A stretch of 64,000 nt of DNA from Ignavibacteriota bacterium (GTDB lineage Bacteria; Bacteroidota; Ignavibacteria; UBA10030), in NCBI GenBank assembly GCA_963727825.1, contig CAVSHO010000009.1, positions 1-64,000 of the forward strand, given 5' to 3'. The translations under genes were made by a program, and so were the position numbers. Positions 1-10,433 of this stretch are shown piece after piece (position 1 is the first letter of the stretch; the number at the start of each line of letters is the position of its first letter). The notes under the pieces are model-generated. The model was not told where the DNA came from. It saw nothing but the letters and a program-made list of their open reading frames with translations, and did no database searches.

Positions 1-220
1 GGCAGGCAGGCGCAATCGCCTCTCCTCAATCCTCAATCCCCAATCCTCAATCTTTACTCCTCAATCCACCATCCGCAATCGCTTCTCCCCAATCCACAAT
101 CCTCAATCCACAATCCTCAATCCACAATCCCCAATCCGTAATCTCTTCTCCACAATCCACAATCCCCAATCCACAATCCGCAATCTTTACTCCTCAATCC
201 TCAATCCTCAATCCCCAATC
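1..220. repeat. Heptamer tandem array (CAATCCN units: caatcct/caatccg/caatcca/caatccc)
   Basis: Many degenerate 7-bp units are directly visible. The window opens inside a GGCAGGCAGG palindrome half that is also seen at 26059-26068. Confidence 0.9.
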
Positions 221-324
221 TTCCTTTTCGTTGCATGAGTAGACTTCCGCCCGTTAATTTCTTTGTTGCTTCTAAAAGCATATATTCGGTGTGTAATTTT
301 GCAGGATAAAATAGTAGGAGTTAC

Positions 325-593
325 TTAATATACTTCGTCATGTGTTCCAATATCAATCAACAACACTGTCTTCTCATCTATAAAATCAAAACCACGCGGC
401 AATCGTAATCGACAGAAAAAGACCATGACCCATCTAACAAGCCGCTCAATTTATGTGTTCTAAGTTTTGGATGAAAGGGCTTGGCTGCAAAAAGAGTTAT
501 TGCTTGTTCAAACTTATTTTTCAAACGAACTGAATGTGCAACTTTCTTTTTATAGGATTTCTTAAATCCGGCATCCCACAGAAGTTTAAGCAC
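325..593 (-). CDS. Type II TA toxin, RelE/YafQ-like mRNA interferase (1-nt frameshift near 390)
   Basis: Contains PKLRTHKLSG..WSFSVDYDCRVV. Adding one T to the T-run restores the typical C-terminus FDFIDEKTVLLIDIGTHDEVY, with the stop at 325-327. Confidence 0.8.
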
Positions 594-801
594 TAGCGAG
601 ATCCTTTAATAATTCTTTAAGGGTTCCCTTTTTTACATTGCCGATTTTGACATGAGTTCTTGCTTCTTTTATACGATGTGCAAGGAATACCCTTTTTTCT
701 TCAATCATTTGTTTTTGAAGGATTTCAAGTGTATACTCTTTTTCAGGAAACGGCAAATTCCTAAATGTATTTACTATCGAACCTACAGAAATCTGTTCCA
801 T
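586..801 (-). CDS. Putative cognate antitoxin
   Basis: 71 aa ORF overlapping the toxin start. Ends in ...GNVKKGTLKELLKDL, typical of small antitoxins upstream of RelE-family toxins. Confidence 0.65.
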   Translation of the reverse strand: MEQISVGSIVNTFRNLPFPEKEYTLEILQKQMIEEKRVFLAHRIKEARTHVKIGNVKKGTLKELLKDLASA

Positions 802-887
802 TGTTTCTACTCCTTTATATAAAAATACAGTTTCTCTTGTTGAAACTCAAGTAGCTCTCCTGTCATGAAAATAGAACCAACAATACC

Positions 888-989
888 CAATCCGAGATCC
901 GCAATCCGCAATCTCCAATCCTCAATCCCCAATCCTCAATCCACAATCCACAATCCGCATTCCGCAATCATCAATCCACGATCCACAAT
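888..989. repeat. Heptamer tandem array (CAATCCN)
   Basis: About 14 units of the same heptamer as 1-220, on the other side of the TA pair. Confidence 0.9.
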
Positions 990-1848
990 TATCTTTTCAA
1001 ATGTTGCTCAATCAACCTCTTCGTCTCAATAATATGATTTTTAGAAGACGCCCCGAAAAGCACAGATTCAATACATGGAAATTTGCCAAGATACTCTATT
1101 GCTTCCTGAGGTCTTAATGCACCGCCTGCCAGAACCTGCATGGCAATTGGCCGGAATTCCTTTTCGCGCAAACACTTCTCATAAAGTTCTTTCCCCCCTG
1201 ACATGCGAAATCCAGTTTTATTGATGGATGTACAAACAATAGGATTATTAACCTGTATAGAAGCGAGTGCGTCCACTAATGCCGGCATATTCATTGTGAT
1301 ATATCCTGGTTCCGCTTTATATCGCTTGCGTATATGCCGATCAAAAACTCCAAACACATCATACATCTTTAATCCCAAAATCATATCGACAAGCACATTT
1401 TGCAAGAAAACAACTGGTGTACTATGCCTTTAAACATTTTCATCTCGGCATCGATCAACAGAGTGATGAGTTTTTCATAGTCGCTGCTTACAAACGCCAA
1501 TCCGCCCTGAGCAAATGTGCTAAAAATATTGCCTGGAACGTATTGTTTGACGGTATCCAATATGCCCAATTCGGTAACAGCATTGGCATATTTATGCGCA
1601 TAAGGCATGCATGGATAGATTTTAAATTCTGACCATTGACCTGGATTCTTGCGCATAATGTCGCAAATATTGGCAATGCGATCATGGGTTGTGCACATAA
1701 AGGTATTAATACCTGCTTCCCTTGAGATCTCTAATACCTTAAGTATTGCACTGTCTTCTTTAAATTGTATCGATTGTGCGCGGGATCGCTCGTCCGAGAT
1801 ATGGCTGACGGCAAAAAACTGGTTGTCTCCGAAAAGTCCTTTTTCCAT
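989..1848 (-). CDS. Conserved hypothetical protein, probable TIM-barrel/aldo-keto-reductase-like fold (frameshift near 1400-1430)
   Basis: ORFs 1381-1848 and 989-1405 join into about 290 aa, with FGDNQFF at the start and IAMQVLAGG..SVLFGASS at the end. Confidence 0.55.
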
Positions 1849-1849
1849 T

Positions 1850-2866
1850 TTATAACCGTTTCGAATCTTCCATAATCATTTCAATCACTTTATCGGTATA
1901 CTGCGCCTGCTCAAAAGTATTAATGGGTGATTGCTTTCCGTTTTTAATACAATCAATAAAATTGTCGATCTGTGCACTGTATTCCTCACCGCGTAAATAG
2001 AAATTAACCGGAATTGCATACTCCGCTATAGAGCGTATCGTCCACCCTTTTTCAATATGTTCGCGCTTGTTTTCTTCTTTTAAATAGATTTTCATTTCTG
2101 TCGCATCACAGATAATTTTTCCTTTTTTTCCAATCACAGTTAAAGATGTCGACATCTTTCTGTAAGTCTCATCGCTCCAATTAACAGAGAGAACGCCGGA
2201 GATGCCATTCTGCAATGTCAGCAAAGCGAAAATAGCATCTTCAACATCATGAGAATAAATGCTTTTCAAGAGTGTCCCGTTTACTTTCACAGGACGGCTA
2301 ATAACTTCCTGAATAAGATTCAAAACATGCGATGCATAATCATTTAAGCACCCGCCCCCCTCTTCTTTTTTCGAACGCCACGAAGTACCCTTTTCTTTTG
2401 TGACGACCGGTCCGTATGCTTCTCCGGTAAAATGGACTATCTCGCCAAGCACCTTTGCCTGCAGCAGTCGCTTCAATTCACGGAACGTACCGATAAAATG
2501 ATTATGATACCCCACTTGATTCACCAGTTTTTTTGATTCCGCCAGAGTAATCAATTCTTCCCCCTCCTGGGAATGGAGACAAAATGGTTTCTCGCAAAAT
2601 ACATGGATATTATTTTCAAGTGCATATTTCACAATTGGGTAGTGAAATTTCGTCGGCGTCGCAACAATCACTACATCAGGGTGTTTTTTATTTATCATTT
2701 TCTTATAATCGCTGAATGTTTCCGTGCTCGTAAATTTCTTAAATGCATTCAGCATAAATGAAGATGTATCACAAACGCCTACCAGTTCTGCGTCAGGATG
2801 CGCACCCACAATGGCAGCATGTGACAAGCCCATTTTCCCTAAGCCCACAATTGCGGTTCGAATCAT
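1850..2866 (-). CDS. Gfo/Idh/MocA family oxidoreductase
   Basis: Motifs VGLGKMG, HVFCEKP, QVGY and GGGCLNDYASH. Confidence 0.9.
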   Translation of the reverse strand: MIRTAIVGLGKMGLSHAAIVGAHPDAELVGVCDTSSFMLNAFKKFTSTETFSDYKKMINKKHPDVVIVATPTKFHYPIVKYALENNIHVFCEKPFCLHSQEGEELITLAESKKLVNQVGYHNHFIGTFRELKRLLQAKVLGEIVHFTGEAYGPVVTKEKGTSWRSKKEEGGGCLNDYASHVLNLIQEVISRPVKVNGTLLKSIYSHDVEDAIFALLTLQNGISGVLSVNWSDETYRKMSTSLTVIGKKGKIICDATEMKIYLKEENKREHIEKGWTIRSIAEYAIPVNFYLRGEEYSAQIDNFIDCIKNGKQSPINTFEQAQYTDKVIEMIMEDSKRL

Positions 2867-3119
2867 TTTTAATTATACACTTTCATTACTTTACTGCGAA
2901 CGGAGAACAAAGCATCGTATAGATACTTCGAATACCCCGACCCTTTGAAAACTCATTGAGCATCCGCTGCTTTCAGATTCGATGCGATTTATTGTTATTT
3001 TAAATTATCGTACGGAATAATTTCAAGAAAAGCTTGAAAAGAATCTATGATTTCTTTCCCCGGTTCATTATCGATATTTTTTTCTGTGGGAATATTATAT
3101 TTTTAAAAATCAACCAACA

Positions 3120-3671
3120 TTAATACTTAGGTAAATATCGATCGGTAATAGATTGTAACCTCCTGAGAGAACCGTCTTTTGCAGAAACAATCGGATACAA
3201 AGTGGGCCAGTCTATATGAATATCTGGGTCATTCCAAATTATTCCAGAGTCGTGTTCCGAATAATATATTTCGGTGCATTTGTAGGCTACGATTGCTTCT
3301 TCACTCAATGTTAGAAAACCGTGAGCAAAACCTTTAGGTATAAATAATTGCCAGTGATTATTCGAAGAAAGCTGGATTCCGATCCATTGACCAAATTTTG
3401 GGGATCCCACTCTCACATCGACTGCAACATCAAAGATTTCACCTGCATATACTGACACAAGTTTGTCCTGCAAATGTGGATATTGAAAGTGTAAACCACG
3501 CAAAATATTTTTATGGGAAAATGATAAATTATCCTGAACAAAATTTTCGGGTATCGAATATTCTTTGTAACGGGAATAATGCCACGTTTCAAGAAAGTAG
3601 CCCCGATTATCACTGTAAACATCTGGCTCAATAATAATCACGCCTTCGAGCTTTGTATGAACTATTTTCAT
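3120..3671 (-). CDS. rmlC: dTDP-4-dehydrorhamnose 3,5-epimerase
   Basis: Motifs DNRGYFLE, FVQDNLSFS, LRGLHFQ, IPKGFAHGF and WNDPDI. Confidence 0.95.
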   Translation of the reverse strand: MKIVHTKLEGVIIIEPDVYSDNRGYFLETWHYSRYKEYSIPENFVQDNLSFSHKNILRGLHFQYPHLQDKLVSVYAGEIFDVAVDVRVGSPKFGQWIGIQLSSNNHWQLFIPKGFAHGFLTLSEEAIVAYKCTEIYYSEHDSGIIWNDPDIHIDWPTLYPIVSAKDGSLRRLQSITDRYLPKY

Positions 3672-4375
3672 AATGGTTTGTCCTTACTCTATACAAGAAT
3701 TATTCCAACTGGGAAAAAAATATTCTTTGTTTCCATGAGATATTTCAAATTCACATCCTGATGACAATGCCAATATGCATGATTTCTCCATGAAAATAGT
3801 AAAAAAATGCTCCGTATTCATCTTCGTACAGGATTTAAGGTTTTTTCTTCCCGCCGAACATGGTCGCCACTATCGTTCCATTCTGTACTGCGAAATCAAT
3901 CGGAACCCTTTACTTGCTATTCGAAGATAACAAAATCCTTTTTCATCTGAGAACAGTTCTACAGCATCGGGAACAATAAGCCTATAGAAAATATTACCTC
4001 CAAGCAAAGATAGACATCATGGCGGATAACGAAGCCTTGCTAATAAATGCTTGACGAAGCTGGTTCTACCGTCATCCGCTGTTCCGTATAAGAAATATTC
4101 AATCCCCATTTGGAATCATCTTCAGGCAGATTTTCAAATATTATTGTATCCGGAGGCATGAAAACAATGAACTATACCTGAAGTGGTGCCTTCAAATTTG
4201 ATCTGGTTCATTAGATCTTCGGTTTGTGATGAAAAAGCAGTAATGAGTTGCCTACTATATCGATATCAAGAGAAAAATGATTATCGGATCCCCCTAATGC
4301 CATTCTTCATTTCATGTTTCCTCCAGTAAATATTTCGGCAGCATTTTAGTCTATGAACCTCCGCTTTTCAACCGA

Positions 4376-6007
4376 CTATTTTTCATCTGGACTGATGTAA
4401 TAATTATTTTTCGCCATCCAATGTAGTAGTACTATTTTGCGATCTGTATCTTGGATTGCAATTTTATAATTATTTCTGTCCTCCGACCGACCTTCGATTT
4501 CTGCATCCCAATCCGGGGATTCCCGGAAACAAAAGAATGTCCAATCCCATCTATATTCTTCAAATAGTTCAATACAGTCATTTAAATATTGAGCCGATCC
4601 AGGTGCCCACCGTACAACTCCAAATTCGCCTACAAATATTTTTGCCTGATATGCTTGCTGAAAATCTCGCACTGGCTGTAATATTTCTTTAAGAACACTT
4701 TTATTATAATATTTACTATCTATGATTCCCGGATACGCAATATCTCTCCTGGGATCTAAAAGCCCTTGATGTGTATATCGTGTCGGTACATACATATGGA
4801 CCTGGTACACAACATTCGGAATGTCAACCGGCACTAAATACCTGAAGTTTTGGGGAAAGTCTTTACCATCAACCGAAATCATGATGGTGGTGTGCTTATC
4901 TATTTGTCGTATCGCCTTTGCAGCCTTGATTTGAGTTTCGAGATAATTCATTCCATTACAATCAGGTGTTTCCTGAACTGGTTCATTAATTAATCCGTAG
5001 CCACACATATATTTGTTGCCCTTAAACCTTTTAGCAATCATTTTCCATGTATCAATAAAAACCTTATTGTACATAGTATCATAAAACATCGTATAGTTAC
5101 CCTTGTCATCAAATCCTCCTGGCGGTTGGAAAAGATCGATAACAAGTCCAAAGTTATATTTTTCGCAAGCTTTTAATACTTTGTCTAATTCTTCAAATTT
5201 ATCGCGTAACCAGGCATACCATGTATCTATATTTGTGTAAAAATCGCGTTTATCCCAATTTCGAATCATATGCCATCTGATTACATTTGCTTTCCAATTG
5301 ATTGCAAGATCGCGAAATTTGATAGTGTCCGCATCGGAACTATAGTGATACATTCCCACACCTCTCATCCGATGACTTTGATCATTTATCAGGAATGATG
5401 TTTCTGCTTTCGCCATCGGTTTTCGTTGAAGTGGTAAATTCATGACGACGACCATGACGCTGTCGAACCAGACTGTTCCTGAACTGCCCTGAAGTCCGAG
5501 GCCAATTGTTCCTGTCTCTGCATCGTCTGCGATAATCTCGCTGAATGATAATTCTTTCCATTGAAAAGTGCCAAAAACATTATTCTGATTTTTCCAGACC
5601 TCGGTGGACTTCGATTTATAATGAAGTATAAATCTCACACCGAGATAGTATGCAGAAGGTTTTGTGACGGAGTCTGCCTTCGCCAGGCATCGGAACCAGA
5701 GTCTCATTCCTCTCAAGGGAACAAGATTAATGTTCATTCTCGTAATATTGTCTACAGGAAGGAGTGATTGATGATTTGCAACGACCTTTAAACAACAATT
5801 ACCATTACATCCTTCATTGACCCACGCTGCAAACGGTTTTTTTTCCCATTGACTTCGGTCGGACACATTTTGAAAGTCCATCTTCAAAACAGTATCACCC
5901 TGATGAATCTCTTGCGCTCCAAGATTCATCAGACTCCCTGCCATGATAACGAGAATGATCGACCGTATCAGTTTCATGATCCTTTTTATATTGCCAGAGA
6001 TGGTCAA
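4376..6007 (-). CDS. Secreted glycoside hydrolase family 5 with N-terminal CBM-like domain
   Basis: Signal-peptide-like N-terminus, acid/base motif YGLINEP, YQVHMY, nucleophile motif FVGEFG, and WDWTF. Confidence 0.85.
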   Translation of the reverse strand: MTISGNIKRIMKLIRSIILVIMAGSLMNLGAQEIHQGDTVLKMDFQNVSDRSQWEKKPFAAWVNEGCNGNCCLKVVANHQSLLPVDNITRMNINLVPLRGMRLWFRCLAKADSVTKPSAYYLGVRFILHYKSKSTEVWKNQNNVFGTFQWKELSFSEIIADDAETGTIGLGLQGSSGTVWFDSVMVVVMNLPLQRKPMAKAETSFLINDQSHRMRGVGMYHYSSDADTIKFRDLAINWKANVIRWHMIRNWDKRDFYTNIDTWYAWLRDKFEELDKVLKACEKYNFGLVIDLFQPPGGFDDKGNYTMFYDTMYNKVFIDTWKMIAKRFKGNKYMCGYGLINEPVQETPDCNGMNYLETQIKAAKAIRQIDKHTTIMISVDGKDFPQNFRYLVPVDIPNVVYQVHMYVPTRYTHQGLLDPRRDIAYPGIIDSKYYNKSVLKEILQPVRDFQQAYQAKIFVGEFGVVRWAPGSAQYLNDCIELFEEYRWDWTFFCFRESPDWDAEIEGRSEDRNNYKIAIQDTDRKIVLLHWMAKNNYYISPDEK

Positions 6008-6061
6008 GTTTGAACGCGCGAACCATCCCCCCGAACGGACACTTTATAAAGTGTACGCTTT

Positions 6062-7197
6062 TTATTTTAATGTCCCTTTTTGCTTCATTTCCTCTAGCGA
6101 ACGATCGTAGCGGTCCTCGGCTGGGGGCTGCCCCTTCACCCATTTTACAAATTGATGGACACCTTTGGAAAATTCGACCTGCGCACAGACTCCTAAATAT
6201 TTATATAAACGATCAACGTCGGCATAGTTATGCCTGATATCTCCAACACGGAATCTTCCGCTTATTTCTAATGGCACTTCTATTCCCATTTGCTCCATGA
6301 GAGTTTGTGCCACGGTAAGTACACTGGTGGACTTCCCGCTCCCGACATTAATAATCATCCACTGTCTAAGATCTTTTTCGATGCCGGCAATCGTTGACGT
6401 CACAACGTCATCGATATAAACGAAATCCCTGCTTTCCTTTCCATCTTCAAAAATATTTATTGATTGCCCGTTTCTAATCCGTGTAGAAAATATCGAAAAT
6501 ATTCCTGTATAGGGATTCGTTAACGATTGCCCCGGGCCGAAAACATTCTGGTAACGGAAAATAATTCCGTAAATTCCGAGAGAAGGACAAACATTTATGA
6601 CAAGCTGTTCCTGAACATGTTTTGTAATACCATAGACGGAAGATGGGTGCTGCTTTGAGCCTTCATCAGTCGCTATGGGTGTTAAAGGACCGGAACCGGG
6701 ATATTTTACTTCAAAATCTCCATTCTGCATATCCACATCCCTCCGATGAGTTGGATAAACAATACCGAGTTCTTTACTAAGATATTTCCCTTCGCCATAG
6801 ATTGCACGACTGGAAGCTAAGATGACTTTTTGAACATGGTGAGGAGTATTTGCAAGAACATCCAGCATAAGGGCCGTGCCCTGAATATTAACATTGGTAT
6901 ACTGTTCAATATTGTACATGGATTGCCCTGTCCCGGTTTCAGCGGCCAAATGCACAATGACATCCTGATCCTGAATAACATGTTCCCACGTGCTCCTGGA
7001 TAGGACAGTTCCTTTTATAAAATCAACTTTATTCATAATTGAAGCATACAAAAAAGATGATTGTTCGGGAGATTTTCCGTGGATCTGTTCGGATAAATTA
7101 TCGAGTACACGTGTACTTCAAATCCTTTTTCTAAAAGACGCAGAGCAAGATGAGATCCAATAAATCCGGCACCTCCGGTAATCAATATTTTTTTCAT
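6062..7197 (-). CDS. NAD-dependent nucleotide-sugar epimerase/dehydratase (frameshift near 7110)
   Basis: An upstream frame from ATG 7197 gives MKKILITGGAGFIGSH. The downstream part has HLAAETGTGQS, LASSRAIYG, the YxxxK motif YGITK, and FEDGKESRDF. Confidence 0.85.
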
Positions 7198-7229
7198 TTC
7201 TTGTCGTTCACCTTTTGCAATGGTATCAT

Positions 7230-8195
7230 TTAAGCACGAACCAGATCATCAATGAAATCAGAAATACTTCTGATTTTGAAATCCGGTTGAGATACCTTTA
7301 GTGTATTATATGATACGGTCAATGTATCGTTTTTATCCTGTTTTGTAAATATGATGGTATTGCTCCTGTTAAAATACTTGCTTCTCTCCATATAAGGATT
7401 GTTCGATATAATCATAGTCTTAGCACTTAACGCTTCAAAACTTCTGATCGTTATTCCTGTTTGATAAGGATGCGCATAATCAAGTGTAAAACGCGAGAGC
7501 TTAAGCTTTTCCATATATGCATCATACTGCAATGGCCGGATATGGATATTGCGAAGGTACTGAGGGTACAGCCTCGGATTGGAAAGAAAATTTGCAATGA
7601 AAAAGAAAATGTTCTGCTCATATATATATATATATGTTGCTTGGATATTGAGAATGCACAGGATTTTATCAAGATATTTTATTCGTCCGGAGTGATTCCG
7701 GAAAATAGCGGAAAGTTCATAGTGAACTTGCTTTTCCTCTGTCAGGGGCGGAGCAGCTGAATACAATTCAACAACGGGAATATTATACTTATCCCCATCC
7801 TTATAATCAAATGTAGAGAACCTATCGGTCTCTTTGTACCAACGTAAAGGAGCTTTATTGTATTTGAACGAATCCCACGTATAGCCTATCACTCTTTTAG
7901 ACGAGGCTCTTAGTTTATGCATCAACGATCTATCGACTCCTCGGCCTTTGATGATGATTATTATGTCATATGTTTTATTTTGTAAATATCTTTTTGAAAT
8001 GACATATTCGGTCATAGGCCTCAAGATGAGAATGTGCAGTTTTCCAAGGATTTTTCCTATAGGACCTTCTGGATATTCATCGTTCGCAACTTTTACGATA
8101 TACCCTTTAGATTCAAGAGCATGTTGTATATTCGCGGCCAGCGAATAAAATCTCTTTGAGATAATAAGGAGACATGTAGACGAATTCTTAGTCAT
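7230..8195 (-). CDS. Polysaccharide biosynthesis protein, probable glycosyltransferase
   Basis: Motifs YTWDS, FSTFD..D and QTGITIRSFEAL, as in CPS/LPS-locus GT-B-like proteins. Supported by operon context. Confidence 0.55.
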   Translation of the reverse strand: MTKNSSTCLLIISKRFYSLAANIQHALESKGYIVKVANDEYPEGPIGKILGKLHILILRPMTEYVISKRYLQNKTYDIIIIIKGRGVDRSLMHKLRASSKRVIGYTWDSFKYNKAPLRWYKETDRFSTFDYKDGDKYNIPVVELYSAAPPLTEEKQVHYELSAIFRNHSGRIKYLDKILCILNIQATYIYIYEQNIFFFIANFLSNPRLYPQYLRNIHIRPLQYDAYMEKLKLSRFTLDYAHPYQTGITIRSFEALSAKTMIISNNPYMERSKYFNRSNTIIFTKQDKNDTLTVSYNTLKVSQPDFKIRSISDFIDDLVRA

Positions 8196-8207
8196 CAGAA
8201 AAAATGA

Positions 8208-9338
8208 TTATAATTGATATGCATTGATTAACATAGGACTTACTTTTGATTCCGTATAATTATTTAACACCTTTTCATATACTTCTTCAGAAAGCGATGC
8301 CCATTCACCGGATTGCCATATGCTCAAAACACGCTCGGCATAGAGAGATGCATCAAAGGTCTCAATAACTAATTTCTCAATACCAATGATTGATTTATTA
8401 AAACCGTACGTGCTTGCCAGAGGAACAACACCGCATGCCATTGCCTCAGTCAAAGAATTCGAATGACCTTCCCTTTTTTCTTTCGTCGGGAATAAGAAAA
8501 AGTGTTTCCTACTTAGTATTTTCATTAAATCTGCATGATTTTTTGATGATGAAAAAGATATGACATCCTCGAGTTTATTTTCATCAATTTTCTTTTTGAC
8601 TTTCTGAAGAAATGAACGATCGTCAAATGACGAATAGGTCATATCCAATTCACCTATCAACTCAATGTGAAAATTACTATTCTTCTGTTTCAGACAGGCA
8701 CAAATATCAACGATAAAATCAATTTGCTTTGATGGTGAAAATCTGCCAAAATATACCAACTCAATTTTCTTGGAGTGGATACGATCTGATATATTGTTTT
8801 CCTGTATCAGCGAATCCTTTATATAATTGGGATAATGAAACAATGGCCTCTTGGTAATTTTTTCAATGACGGAAATGTCATCATATCCCTGAATTAAAAT
8901 AACTGAAGCTATGTTCAATGTTCTTCGTAGGAAATTACTATAGATACGAGATCGTGTTGTAATAGATTGAGATAATCCGCCAGCTCGTAATTCATAAATA
9001 GTCTTTGCCTTACATATCTTTGATATGAACAACAGAAGATATTCAAAGTAAATCATATTATAATAGTACCCTGCAACGTGTATAATTTTCGAGCCTTTTG
9101 TGAAAAGAAGTTTCCATGTAAATTGAACCAGAGAACAACTTAATTGGAAAGGGTAGAGTACTTCACCGAGTCTACTTCGAATGATGTGGTAGGGTTTAGA
9201 AATTGGAATAACAGTAAAATCATTATCGAGTAAAATCTGAATGGTTCTATTATTCCCTGTTTCACTTCCTCCTAAAATGGTTTTATTTTTCTTGCCAAGA
9301 GGACCATAGAATAAAATAATTCTTTTTGTTGTTGTCAT
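8208..9338 (-). CDS. Glycosyltransferase family 4
   Basis: YFGRFSPSKQ and the EX7E motif EGHSNSLTEAMACG. Confidence 0.9.
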   Translation of the reverse strand: MTTTKRIILFYGPLGKKNKTILGGSETGNNRTIQILLDNDFTVIPISKPYHIIRSRLGEVLYPFQLSCSLVQFTWKLLFTKGSKIIHVAGYYYNMIYFEYLLLFISKICKAKTIYELRAGGLSQSITTRSRIYSNFLRRTLNIASVILIQGYDDISVIEKITKRPLFHYPNYIKDSLIQENNISDRIHSKKIELVYFGRFSPSKQIDFIVDICACLKQKNSNFHIELIGELDMTYSSFDDRSFLQKVKKKIDENKLEDVISFSSSKNHADLMKILSRKHFFLFPTKEKREGHSNSLTEAMACGVVPLASTYGFNKSIIGIEKLVIETFDASLYAERVLSIWQSGEWASLSEEVYEKVLNNYTESKVSPMLINAYQL

Positions 9339-9371
9339 GAGTGGTGTAAAATTAGCTGCATGGAAATAAAA

Positions 9372-10319
9372 TCATAATGGTAACAGCCATTCACAAAATT
9401 TAGCAATTCCGGCTTCGAAAGAATATTGAGGATTGTACCCCAGTTTTCTTTTTGCTTTGGTTATATCGGCAAATGTTCTTTCCACATCGCCCGGTTGAAG
9501 CGGCAATTTATTAAGAATCGCCTTCCTGCCGAGAGCCTTTTCCAGTGTGCTGACCATCTGAATTAATGAGACTGTTCTCGATTCGCCCAAATTAATAATC
9601 TCGTATCCATGAAGGTTGTCGAGAGCACCTGTAATTCCATTGACTATATCGTCGATATAAGTATAATCCCTTTCAGTGCTTCCATTACCATAGAATGGTA
9701 TGGGCGATCCTTCGTTTATTAATTTTGCAAATTTATGGATTGCAAGATCCGGCCTTTGCCTTGGCCCGTACACTGTAAAGAAACGGAGACAAAAAATATC
9801 AAAACCAAAAAGGTGATGGTATGTATGACAAATCAATTCTCCGGCCTTTTTACTAGCCGCATAGGGTGATATAGGGCTATCCACACTATCATTTTCCGAA
9901 AAAGGTACTTTTTTATTATTCCCATAGATAGAGGATGAAGAGGCAAAAATTAACTTTTTACACTCATTCTCTTTCATCGTTTCAAGAAGGTTTAAAGTAC
10001 CTATGACATTGGTATTAAAGTATCCGGTTGGATCCAATAATGACGGCCTGATACCAGCTTTTGCTGCTAAGTGAACGACAACATCAATTGAATCTTCTTT
10101 GAATACTTTCCTTAATGCGGTTTTATCAAGCAGGTCAGTTTCAAACAGCCTAAAATTCTCATGCATTCGGAAATCACGAATGTTTGTTTCCTTGATATGC
10201 TTATCATAAAAAGGGTCGAAATTATCAACCGCAAACACATGGCTTCCATTGGCGAGAAGCTTTTCGACCAAATGGGAACCAATAAAGCCAGCAGCTCCAG
10301 TAACAAGAATTATTTTCAT
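9372..10319 (-). CDS. UDP-glucuronate 4-epimerase-like SDR
   Basis: Motifs VTGAAGFIGSH, HLAAKAGIRPS, SPYAASK and RFFTVYGPRQRPDLAIHKF. Confidence 0.9.
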   Translation of the reverse strand: MKIILVTGAAGFIGSHLVEKLLANGSHVFAVDNFDPFYDKHIKETNIRDFRMHENFRLFETDLLDKTALRKVFKEDSIDVVVHLAAKAGIRPSLLDPTGYFNTNVIGTLNLLETMKENECKKLIFASSSSIYGNNKKVPFSENDSVDSPISPYAASKKAGELICHTYHHLFGFDIFCLRFFTVYGPRQRPDLAIHKFAKLINEGSPIPFYGNGSTERDYTYIDDIVNGITGALDNLHGYEIINLGESRTVSLIQMVSTLEKALGRKAILNKLPLQPGDVERTFADITKAKRKLGYNPQYSFEAGIAKFCEWLLPL

Positions 10320-10433
10320 CTTATTAGGATAACAAAATTATTACAGCAAAAATTATAACCATTGACTCCCCGCACGGTATTTCCCCAGATGAAAGTTTAA
10401 ATATTATGTAAGAAGCAATAAATCCATTTTCTT

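Noticed and set aside
3700-4375. Gene between GH5 and rmlC (also 15050-15340)
   Set aside because: No ORF of 60 aa or more and no recognisable motif. These may be remnants, but I cannot support a call.
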